From the IMG/VR virus record IMGVR_UViG_3300020371_000002: a stretch of 64,000 nucleotides of DNA; one strand, 5' to 3'. Positions 9,470 through 15,663 of this stretch are shown here, piece after piece (within the stretch, counting starts at the first letter, position 1; each line of letters starts with the position of its first letter). This DNA comes from a virus (taxonomy: Duplodnaviria > Caudoviricetes). The position numbers and the translations under genes were made by a program. The notes below the pieces were generated by a model that was not told the origin of the DNA, ran no database searches, and was given only the letters and a program-made list of their open reading frames with translations.

Positions 9470-9657
9470 TCCCCAAGATGTTTACCATTTAATTCCACTT
9501 GAGGAAATTGATTCTTTCCAGGGAACTTAGTTGTAAATTCGTCTTCAGTAAAATCAGCGTCAAGTTCTAGGTAATCATATTCTTTCCCGAGCAATTCGAG
9601 AACCATAACAATTTTCTTACACAACCCACACTTGGCTTTACCCCAGATTACATACAT
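9421..9657 (-). CDS. Glutaredoxin-like protein
   Basis: CGLC active site, FPQV, GKHLGDC. Confidence 0.85.
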   Translation of the reverse strand: MYVIWGKAKCGLCKKIVMVLELLGKEYDYLELDADFTEDEFTTKFPGKNQFPQVELNGKHLGDCQEAIEYLKEHRILT

Positions 9658-9658
9658 A

Positions 9659-9859
9659 CTACTCCTCTCCGTGTTTAAATAAATCTTCCATATTTTCGAA
9701 CATCTTATCCATTTTCTTCAGTTGGTCGATACCCATAATCATCTTAGAGATGGTATGACTAACGTAAGGTTCTTCGTGTCTCGCAGCAAATGCGAGTGCA
9801 TTACGCAGAGATTGTTCCGCTTCTGTGAGAGAACTCTCTACTCTTTCAGACAGTGCCAT
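9659..9859 (-). CDS. Hypothetical protein
   Basis: SLRNALAFAARHEEPYV; packed operon. Confidence 0.6.
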   Translation of the reverse strand: MALSERVESSLTEAEQSLRNALAFAARHEEPYVSHTISKMIMGIDQLKKMDKMFENMEDLFKHGEE

Positions 9860-10499
9860 TGATAGAATCCCAATCTTTTTGGAAACGTTCCAGTCCGCTA
9901 TCAGTCAACACATGGTTGAACATCTTATTAAACACCCCGACTGGTAGGGTACATACTTCAGACCCATAGGCGAAACACCTAGAGACGTGATGAACATCAC
10001 GCAAGGATGCAGAAAGAATATTGGTACGAACCATATGTTCTCTATAACACATAGAGATGGAGCGTACAAGTTCTACACCACTAAAAGAATTATCGTTGAG
10101 TCTTCCGACAAATGGAGAAACATACGTTGCATCAGCTTTCGCAGCCAAAATTGCCTGAGCAACAGAGAATACAAGAGTCACATTGGTAGTGAATCCTTCA
10201 CCTCTCAGTGCCTTACATGCTTTAAGTCCTTCGACTGTGCATGGCACTTTGATAGTAACGTTCTTCATCTCTTTGAATACCTGTGCCTGATCGATCATGT
10301 CAGGTGCAGTATCAGCAACAACCTCAGCAGAGATAGACTCAAAATGAGGGAACTCCTCAGAGATCTCTCTGATCGTCTCTACGGGGTCTTTACCAGCCTT
10401 AAGGATAAGGGTTGGATTTGTGGTCACACCGTCTACAAGACCCGTGGCATTCCCCTTACGGATCTCTTCAATATCGGCAGTGTCAAGAAAGATTCGCAT
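9846..10499 (-). CDS. talC: Transaldolase (TalC/FSA type)
   Basis: IFLDTAD, GVTTNPTLI, TIKVP Schiff-base Lys, YVSPFVGR, ILSASLR. Confidence 0.96.
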   Translation of the reverse strand: MRIFLDTADIEEIRKGNATGLVDGVTTNPTLILKAGKDPVETIREISEEFPHFESISAEVVADTAPDMIDQAQVFKEMKNVTIKVPCTVEGLKACKALRGEGFTTNVTLVFSVAQAILAAKADATYVSPFVGRLNDNSFSGVELVRSISMCYREHMVRTNILSASLRDVHHVSRCFAYGSEVCTLPVGVFNKMFNHVLTDSGLERFQKDWDSINGTV

Positions 10500-10501
10500 T
10501 A

Positions 10502-10693
10502 CTAATCATCTCCATCTAGTCTGTGTTTTTTTCGAATTTTTTTAAGTTGTTTTAGTTCTTCTTTGATTTGTTGATATGCAGTTTCCACTTCAATCTTATT
10601 CGCTATTTCCATAGCGCATACCATGGAAACCTTGTCTCCGAAACGAGCAAGAGCCCGTTCAAAGTCATTATCGTGCGAGTAAAATGGAACCAT
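10502..10693 (-). CDS. Hypothetical protein
   Basis: FERALARFGDKV...AYQQIK..LKQLKK. Confidence 0.6.
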   Translation of the reverse strand: MVPFYSHDNDFERALARFGDKVSMVCAMEIANKIEVETAYQQIKEELKQLKKIRKKHRLDGDD

Positions 10694-10839
10694 TACTTTT
10701 TAACTGTGTCGAGGAACAAATAATTGGGGTGTTCCGCTTTATATCTCTCAACCTCTTGTTCATTTTTTAGAAAAACTGAAAGGGTAGGTTGATGTTCTTT
10801 GAAACAATAGCGCAATTGGATAAAATCTTGTTGAGCCAT
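10693..10839 (-). CDS. Hypothetical protein
   Basis: Start re-assigned to MAQQDFIQLRYCFK, downstream of the sigma70 promoter. Confidence 0.55.
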   Translation of the reverse strand: MAQQDFIQLRYCFKEHQPTLSVFLKNEQEVERYKAEHPNYLFLDTVKK

Positions 10840-10863
10840 TTTGGTTCTCCCAATGATAGTGGC

Positions 10864-10892
10864 ATTATATCCCCTTATATAGGGCAAGTCAA
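10864..10892 (-). promoter_or_regulatory. Sigma70-type promoter upstream of the talC operon
   Basis: TTGACT-17nt-TATAAT. Confidence 0.75.
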
Positions 10893-11168
10893 CTAGAGTT
10901 TTCCTCCTACAACTCCATCATACGACGTAGACGTTTCTGGGAATCCGTGTTTGACCCCATGTAAGTGGAATACAGTTCCATCGTAACAAGCCCCCTTGGT
11001 AAGTGCGGTGATGATTCCCTTACCTTCCTTATCATAGCTAGTCCAAAGTCCAAATCTCGACTGCTTGAGTTCAAAGATTCCTGTTCCATGGTCATACCAA
11101 TTTCCTTCTTGAATCAAATCGTTGTATGGATGTTCATAAATGTCAGAACTCTTCGTTTCTTCTTTCAT
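10893..11168 (-). CDS. Hypothetical protein
   Basis: FGLWTSYDKEGKGIIT...YDGVVGGKL C-terminus typical of T4-like small proteins. Confidence 0.6.
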   Translation of the reverse strand: MKEETKSSDIYEHPYNDLIQEGNWYDHGTGIFELKQSRFGLWTSYDKEGKGIITALTKGACYDGTVFHLHGVKHGFPETSTSYDGVVGGKL

Positions 11169-11304
11169 CTAAGTACCTAATTACTTCCTCTCTCCATTCC
11201 ATAAGTTCATGGTAACATTTTTCATCATGAGCATACTGACGAAGTTCATGATCTGGTTTTAAAACACTCTCATAGAAAATAAAAAACGCATCTTTGCGTT
11301 TCAA
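11143..11304 (-). CDS. Small hypothetical protein (53 aa, TTG start)
   Basis: Hand-translated MKRKDAFFIFYESVLKPDHELRQYAHDEKCYHELMEWREEVIRYLDERRNEEF. Confidence 0.55.
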   Translation of the reverse strand: MKRKDAFFIFYESVLKPDHELRQYAHDEKCYHELMEWREEVIRYLDERRNEEF

Positions 11305-11308
11305 TTTT

Positions 11309-11584
11309 TTAGAATCCATTTGGTTTATCCTCCATCTTGAGGGTATCTTTTACAAGCTCGATAGCATCCCACTGACTTGCCATTTCATCAGTCAGATACA
11401 TGACTCGTTTCTCATGAATCTGATCTCTCTCCAAAAGATAAGACAAAGTATCAGACAGTCGTTGCCGTCTACCTTCCTTGTCAATCAGAAAGATACTATA
11501 TGTGTTTTGAAATTTCTTTTCTAGTCTAAACTTTATGTACAAGAAGAGTACAAAATTCAGAATTAAAACATACAAGTAGATCAT
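11309..11584 (-). CDS. Membrane-anchored hypothetical protein
   Basis: N-terminal TM helix; ATGA coupling. Confidence 0.55.
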   Translation of the reverse strand: MIYLYVLILNFVLFLYIKFRLEKKFQNTYSIFLIDKEGRRQRLSDTLSYLLERDQIHEKRVMYLTDEMASQWDAIELVKDTLKMEDKPNGF

Positions 11585-11859
11585 GAAACCTTGGAAAGGT
11601 CCTCAAATGTTAACATGCCATTGTCCTTTTGTCCAGCTGGAACAAATTTATACTCGTTGTTCCATTTGAACGACGTGTTATTCAATTCATGTTTTACCAC
11701 TTCTGCGACTGTTTCTGGTTCGTTCTCTAATTTTGCAAGAACCTGAGCAAGGAGGAGTTTAACCTCATGAATCTCAGCGTGGATGTCTTGATGGTGGAAC
11801 CTCAAAGACTTCTCAATCAACTTCTGAATTTTTTTCTTCATAGCGGTGAGCATTCGCAA
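11581..11859 (-). CDS. Hypothetical coiled-coil protein
   Basis: ORF track; packed operon. Confidence 0.5.
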   Translation of the reverse strand: MRMLTAMKKKIQKLIEKSLRFHHQDIHAEIHEVKLLLAQVLAKLENEPETVAEVVKHELNNTSFKWNNEYKFVPAGQKDNGMLTFEDLSKVS

Positions 11860-11862
11860 TAT

Positions 11863-11973
11863 TTAGGAGTCACTAAAAATACTGAGCAGGAATAACATTA
11901 CACCAAACCCAAGGAACCAGGCAAGGATAATGAGAAACCCAATGTCACCGTCAGTGAGCGGTGCCGTTTCCAT
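11863..11973 (-). CDS. Single-TM microprotein (36 aa)
   Basis: METAPLTDGDIGFLIILAWFLGFGVMLFLLSIFSDS. Confidence 0.5.
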   Translation of the reverse strand: METAPLTDGDIGFLIILAWFLGFGVMLFLLSIFSDS

Positions 11974-12082
11974 TATAGTCGTCTGAATCATAGTAATCGT
12001 TCTCTCCTTTAAGGAATCCGAACAAGAATGTGGTCAGTACAAAAGGTACGGAAATCCACATTAGAAAGTGTGCAAATGTCAT
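11951..12082 (-). CDS. ndhP: NDH-1 complex small subunit NdhP homolog (43 aa; missed by the ORF track)
   Basis: MTFAHFLMWISVPFVLTTFLFGFLKGENDYYDSDDYNGNGTAH: one TM helix plus the NdhP-type C-terminus YDxDxYxGNG(S/T)AH. Confidence 0.85.
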   Translation of the reverse strand: MTFAHFLMWISVPFVLTTFLFGFLKGENDYYDSDDYNGNGTAH

Positions 12083-12246
12083 GGGTTACTTGGATCAATT
12101 CCTAGGTCAATTAAATAATCTGTCCACCACTCTGGGTTTTTTCTCTGTCGCCATTGTGGGACTGGTATCCCCCTTTCAATAACATAATACTCGTGGAGGC
12201 TATCCTCTATAATCTGTACGATCTCCATATTCCTCTTCCTCTTCAT
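12079..12246 (-). CDS. Hypothetical protein (55 aa), paralog of 61692-61841
   Basis: MKRKRNMEIVQIIEDSL...PVPQWR...PEWW.DYL. Confidence 0.6.
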   Translation of the reverse strand: MKRKRNMEIVQIIEDSLHEYYVIERGIPVPQWRQRKNPEWWTDYLIDLGIDPSNP

Positions 12247-12415
12247 CAACGTCTTCATACGGGTTGACCACATAGGGTCCTCGTTTTCGAAAAGGTTCTC
12301 TTCGAACATAAGCAGACTCGGCATTGACGGCAGATAACCATACGGCAATTTTCATCACTATGTAGATGATTGCTATCGGTGATAGACAGGCTAGTAGAAT
12401 GAGGTTTTGTCTCAT
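12200..12415 (-). CDS. Membrane microprotein, paralog of 61798-62010
   Basis: 49/70 identical residues with the 61798 ORF (hand alignment). Confidence 0.7.
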   Translation of the reverse strand: MRQNLILLACLSPIAIIYIVMKIAVWLSAVNAESAYVRREPFRKRGPYVVNPYEDVDEEEEEYGDRTDYRG

Positions 12416-12882
12416 GTGTAGTAGTTTCCTGCAAGGATTACTCTCCCCTTACATTTATTTTCAGGGACAGCGTGTTTGTAGTTGGACTTGAAAATGACAC
12501 ACATGCCTGGAACAGGATCAACTCTACGATCTTCAAAGATTAAAGGAGAAGATCCACTGGGGGCACTGACATAATACACGAAAGAATGGGTACATGGGGT
12601 ATGTGTATGGGGATCCGCATAATCACCTTCATTATATACGGCACTCCATAGTTCTGTGCCTGTAGGTTTTATATCAAATGATGTATTATCTAGTACCCAA
12701 TCACTTAATTGTACAAAAATTTTTGGATAAGTGTGAAATCCAGTATGCTTTGAGACAATTAAACTACTCTCTTCTGGCAAATCATCGTCTAAAAATTCAA
12801 TAAACTTTAGTATCTTAGGGTTAATGACCTCATACTCAGGATGATGTAATATTTCTAACCGTAAGCGTGTGTCAATCCCCAT
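12412..12882 (-). CDS. Putative Fe(II)/2OG oxygenase (TIGR02466-like)
   Basis: WSAVYNEGDYADPHTH...SFVYYV...G..VIF.S..KHAV...RVILAGN. Confidence 0.8.
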   Translation of the reverse strand: MGIDTRLRLEILHHPEYEVINPKILKFIEFLDDDLPEESSLIVSKHTGFHTYPKIFVQLSDWVLDNTSFDIKPTGTELWSAVYNEGDYADPHTHTPCTHSFVYYVSAPSGSSPLIFEDRRVDPVPGMCVIFKSNYKHAVPENKCKGRVILAGNYYT

Positions 12883-12944
12883 AATACAAAGAGAGAAATG
12901 AATCCAAAAATAATAAACGCATACAAATAGGCGGTACTTGGCAT
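12855..12944 (-). CDS. 29 aa single-TM microprotein, possibly NdhQ-like
   Basis: AGGAG SD upstream; MPSTAYLYAFIIFGFISLFVLWGLTHAYG. The NdhQ similarity is from recollection only. Confidence 0.55.
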   Translation of the reverse strand: MPSTAYLYAFIIFGFISLFVLWGLTHAYG

Positions 12945-12948
12945 TTTG

Positions 12949-13068
12949 TTAGTCTCCTCTACGAATTCCTATCAAAAATCCAAGGTATAAACCTGACAAC
13001 CAAGCAGTAAACAACCATAACAAATAACTCAAGAAATTAGCGAATTCCAGCCATTCCGTTGTCGTCAT
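12949..13068 (-). CDS. Single-TM microprotein (39 aa)
   Basis: MTTTEWLEFANFLSYLLWLFTAWLSGLYLGFLIGIRRGD. Confidence 0.55.
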   Translation of the reverse strand: MTTTEWLEFANFLSYLLWLFTAWLSGLYLGFLIGIRRGD

Positions 13069-13381
13069 CGTCTTCATCCTCGTAAGGTGATGGTTCATCC
13101 CAGAGAGATTCTTTTTTCTCTCTGATACGTTGGTGAAGCAACTTGTAAGGATCTTCATCCTCAAGTTCAGGCAGTTCAGGTTTAGGACCAGTAAAAGTTA
13201 CTCCAAGAAGAACCCCAGTGCCTTGTACCTCTTCCATTTCAGGATGAGACTTGACCTTGGGGTTCTTTCTGTAACCATGCGATTCCGCTACAACAAGCAA
13301 ACCATGCCCTATCAAAGATAGTGCAATGAGTGCCAATACAATCCATGTAATTAAAAACATGTACTGTGGGATCTCTGTCAT
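13037..13381 (-). CDS. Membrane protein with acidic tail
   Basis: TM helix, HPEMEEV..G..LLGVTF, EDEDDDD. Confidence 0.6.
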   Translation of the reverse strand: MTEIPQYMFLITWIVLALIALSLIGHGLLVVAESHGYRKNPKVKSHPEMEEVQGTGVLLGVTFTGPKPELPELEDEDPYKLLHQRIREKKESLWDEPSPYEDEDDDDNGMAGIR

Positions 13382-13641
13382 TGAAGAGCTTGAAACAACT
13401 GTTCTTTAACTTTTTCCACAACCTCGTGAATGATACTAACATCAATTCCAAGGAAAGGTGGGATCATTCCTATTACTCTGAAGAAACCTTCAGCGAATAG
13501 TGCAAGGAAAATAAGTCCAAGACACATACTGAGAATAGAAGCATTCCTATTATGTTGACGGATAGCTTCATCAATCATCTCTTTGCACTGTTTTTCAGTG
13601 ACATAATGGTCGGGCTTAAGTTCCTCCATTCTATGCGACAT
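13378..13641 (-). CDS. Membrane hypothetical protein
   Basis: CKEMIDEAIRQHNRNASILS...LALFAEGFFRVIG.IPPF.GID. Confidence 0.65.
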   Translation of the reverse strand: MSHRMEELKPDHYVTEKQCKEMIDEAIRQHNRNASILSMCLGLIFLALFAEGFFRVIGMIPPFLGIDVSIIHEVVEKVKEQLFQALQ

Positions 13642-13669
13642 ATACCTACGGTATTTAGCGTTATGATAC

Positions 13670-13694
13670 AAAAAAAGGGTTGCCAAGGCAACCC
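13670..13694 (-). terminator. Intrinsic terminator
   Basis: GGGTTGCC-TT-GGCAACCC followed by T7 on the minus strand. Confidence 0.85.
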
Positions 13695-13717
13695 AAACTC
13701 ATCCTTTTTTAAGGATT

Positions 13718-13876
13718 TCAACAAGTTATTTTCCAGTTTTGTATACCAAACGACTTTAAATTAACCCATTTGGCATAATGTACACCACGATACGTCAAAA
13801 ATGCGAACGTTTTATCTGGATCGTGTTTGTCTGGATCAAAGGCTGGAAGATCATAATCAAATCTGATCTTCAGCAT
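13718..13876 (-). CDS. Small hypothetical protein with a YRGV motif (52 aa)
   Basis: AGGAGG SD; MLKIRFDYDLPAFDPDKHDPDKTFAFLTYRGVHYAKWV... Confidence 0.7.
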   Translation of the reverse strand: MLKIRFDYDLPAFDPDKHDPDKTFAFLTYRGVHYAKWVNLKSFGIQNWKITC

Positions 13877-13885
13877 CTTCTCCTC

Positions 13886-13984
13886 CTAACTTAATTTGTG
13901 TAAGAGGAGGATCTCACCGTAAAGTAATCCAATGAATGCTGCACAACCAAGGGACGTTAGTCCGACTACTTGTAGTGCTTCCAT
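13886..13984 (-). CDS. Single-TM microprotein (32 aa)
   Basis: MEALQVVGLTSLGCAAFIGLLYGEILLLHKLS. Confidence 0.55.
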   Translation of the reverse strand: MEALQVVGLTSLGCAAFIGLLYGEILLLHKLS

Positions 13985-13989
13985 GGCGA

Positions 13990-14157
13990 TCACTTAGTAT
14001 AGGTGCGACCACGATAGCAGTAGGTCCCGTGAGACTCTTTGCTTTCTACACAACGCTGATCATACTCAACACCACGATAGGCAGTGTGAGAAATCTGGGC
14101 ATCATGCAGAGCAGCCTGCTTCTCGATTTGCTTTTTGATTAGAGTAAGTGTGTTCAT
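13990..14157 (-). CDS. DUF4278-like small protein (55 aa)
   Basis: AGGAG SD; MNTLTLIKKQIEKQAALHDAQISHTAYRGVEY...CYRGRTYTK; this family typically follows Downstream-peptide RNAs. Confidence 0.75.
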   Translation of the reverse strand: MNTLTLIKKQIEKQAALHDAQISHTAYRGVEYDQRCVESKESHGTYCYRGRTYTK

Positions 14158-14189
14158 GATTGACTCCTGAAATACTAGGGATTTACGCC

Positions 14190-14378
14190 CCGTTCCTTCA
14201 GTCGTTTGCGTCCCAGTAGTAATTACATTCGGGTACAGATTCCTTTACGGTCTCTACTAGTTCTACCACAATTTCTTTAGGTAGTTCTGATCTGTTTGCA
14301 TTGATTCTGATGATTAATGCATCAGCATCAGCGCACATCATACCAGAGTACAAAAGTAATTCAAACATGGGATGAACG
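14190..14378 (-). ncRNA. Glutamine-II (Downstream-peptide)-type riboswitch, unit 2, with an ORF in the P2 loop
   Basis: 5' half CGUUCAUCCC (14378-14369); 3' half GGGACGCAAACGACUGAAGGAACGG (14214-14190); P1 CGUUC/GGAACG, P2 UCCCA/UGGGA. Confidence 0.7.
14198..14368 (-). CDS. 56 aa protein nested in riboswitch unit 2
   Basis: MFELLLYSGMMCADADALIIRINANRSELPKEIVVELVETVKESVPECNYYWDAND; the C-terminal WDAND* is encoded by the riboswitch 3' half. Confidence 0.7.
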   Translation of the reverse strand: MFELLLYSGMMCADADALIIRINANRSELPKEIVVELVETVKESVPECNYYWDAND

Positions 14379-14380
14379 CT

Positions 14381-14614
14381 CCGTTCCGCGACTTACTTGC
14401 GTCCTATGTAAATGTCCCCTCGCATTGACCTTCTACTTTTGACTTAAGATATCCTATGAGATTCCACTTAGATCGTTGATCTAAGTTGGGATCCATTTGG
14501 ATCTCTACTCGTCGCTGTAAGAACCTTTCACAACTCATGTGCCACCCATAGGGTGACCCGTCATTATGATGGGCTAAGGTCATCGCCAGTAAGAAACTTA
14601 GCATGGGATGAACG
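14381..14614 (-). ncRNA. Glutamine-II (Downstream-peptide)-type riboswitch, unit 1, with an ORF in the P2 loop
   Basis: 5' half CGUUCAUCCC (14614-14605); 3' half GGACGCAAGUAAGUCGCGGAACGG (14404-14381). Confidence 0.7.
14404..14604 (-). CDS. 66 aa protein nested in riboswitch unit 1
   Basis: MLSFLLAMTLAHHNDGSPYGWHMSCERFLQRR...CEGTFT; AUG directly follows CGUUCAUCCC; stop UAG overlaps GGAC. Confidence 0.7.
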   Translation of the reverse strand: MLSFLLAMTLAHHNDGSPYGWHMSCERFLQRRVEIQMDPNLDQRSKWNLIGYLKSKVEGQCEGTFT

Positions 14615-14640
14615 ACAGTCCTACTATAGGACTCATGCCT

Positions 14641-14647
14641 TATTTAG
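14641..14647 (-). promoter_or_regulatory. T4-type late promoter upstream of the riboswitch chain
   Basis: CTAAATA about 27 nt upstream of unit 1. Confidence 0.55.
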
Positions 14648-14706
14648 TCAAGTAAATCATTAAATCGTAACATTAGATACCATTTTGGTATCTCAGCGAT
14701 ACCATT

Positions 14707-15120
14707 TTAGGATTTCTTTAACTTTTTATAGACAAAATTATTGCGGGTCAAGATCATTCCTGCCCGCTTCGTCTCGATATAGTTCGAGAAGTTTGATGTA
14801 TTCTGTTTTTGCCACTCTATAATGCGTGCTTCCTTATAAGGATCATAGAATCCCTGTCGTGTGTACCACGAGCGCCAGTCCTCATGGGACTTGTCTCTAT
14901 TGCACTCAGCACACGCACAAATGAGATTTTTTGTCTCATCAGTCCCCCCGTGAAAACGGGGAACAACGTGGTCTAGAGTAAGATTTTCTCTAGATCCACA
15001 ATACGCACACTTATAGTTGAATGATTCTTTAATCGAGTCTTTCCATATACGTCTAGCTTCTCCTGGGGAACAAGTATGAAGATTATAAAGATAATCTTCG
15101 GGTGAGCTAAAGACTTCCAT
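14707..15120 (-). CDS. HNH endonuclease
   Basis: CAYCG...LTLDHVVPRFHGG...NLICACAECNRDK. Confidence 0.9.
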   Translation of the reverse strand: MEVFSSPEDYLYNLHTCSPGEARRIWKDSIKESFNYKCAYCGSRENLTLDHVVPRFHGGTDETKNLICACAECNRDKSHEDWRSWYTRQGFYDPYKEARIIEWQKQNTSNFSNYIETKRAGMILTRNNFVYKKLKKS

Positions 15121-15145
15121 GCAATACTGCTAGGGTCTTAAGTAT

Positions 15146-15382
15146 TTAGATTATATTGTTCTCTTTGAGGTAGCTAACTGTTTCGGTACAACCCCCAATA
15201 AGCTCTTCGCCCAACTTGACTTTGGGGAATGTAGAGTCCTTTCCGAACATTTCATAAAAATCTAAAAGAGTATAATCCGTACCCAATTTGTAAACAATAT
15301 GTTTCTGTTCTGATAACTCAAGTACCTTTTGTACCTTAGTACAGTAGGGACATCCTTTCTTGCTATAAACGATGAAGGTCAT
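15146..15382 (-). CDS. Glutaredoxin
   Basis: CPYC active site, TFPKV, IGGCTE. Confidence 0.92.
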   Translation of the reverse strand: MTFIVYSKKGCPYCTKVQKVLELSEQKHIVYKLGTDYTLLDFYEMFGKDSTFPKVKLGEELIGGCTETVSYLKENNII

Positions 15383-15384
15383 AA

Positions 15385-15663
15385 TTACTGAATGTTAATG
15401 GGTTGTAAGTCGGATTCGGATAGAATTTTTTGTTCTGGAAGTTGTAAGTCTGGTTCCAGTTCAACATGCGTCACGTCTACCGTTTTTGGTGGATGTGGCA
15501 AAAGAATTTTAGCATAGATTGCATCTGGATAGATGCTCAACATACACTCAACATCTTTGAGTGTTCCACAATGTCGTTTCGTACCATTCGGTAAAGTCAA
15601 TTCATAATAGTGAGGCATTTCTGCCTTTATAATTTGATTTGACGTTTCTTTACTCAGTGTCAT
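15385..15663 (-). CDS. Conserved cyanophage hypothetical protein
   Basis: GTKRHCGTLKDV...TVDVTHVELEPD.QLPEQ..L. Confidence 0.6.
   Translation of the reverse strand: MTLSKETSNQIIKAEMPHYYELTLPNGTKRHCGTLKDVECMLSIYPDAIYAKILLPHPPKTVDVTHVELEPDLQLPEQKILSESDLQPINIQ

Noticed and set aside
14170-14620. Repeated gggatgaacg/ccgttcc motifs as a mini CRISPR array
   Set aside because: The repeats are short complementary halves separated by 150-200 nt coding ORFs; the pattern fits riboswitch stems, not direct repeats with uniform spacers.
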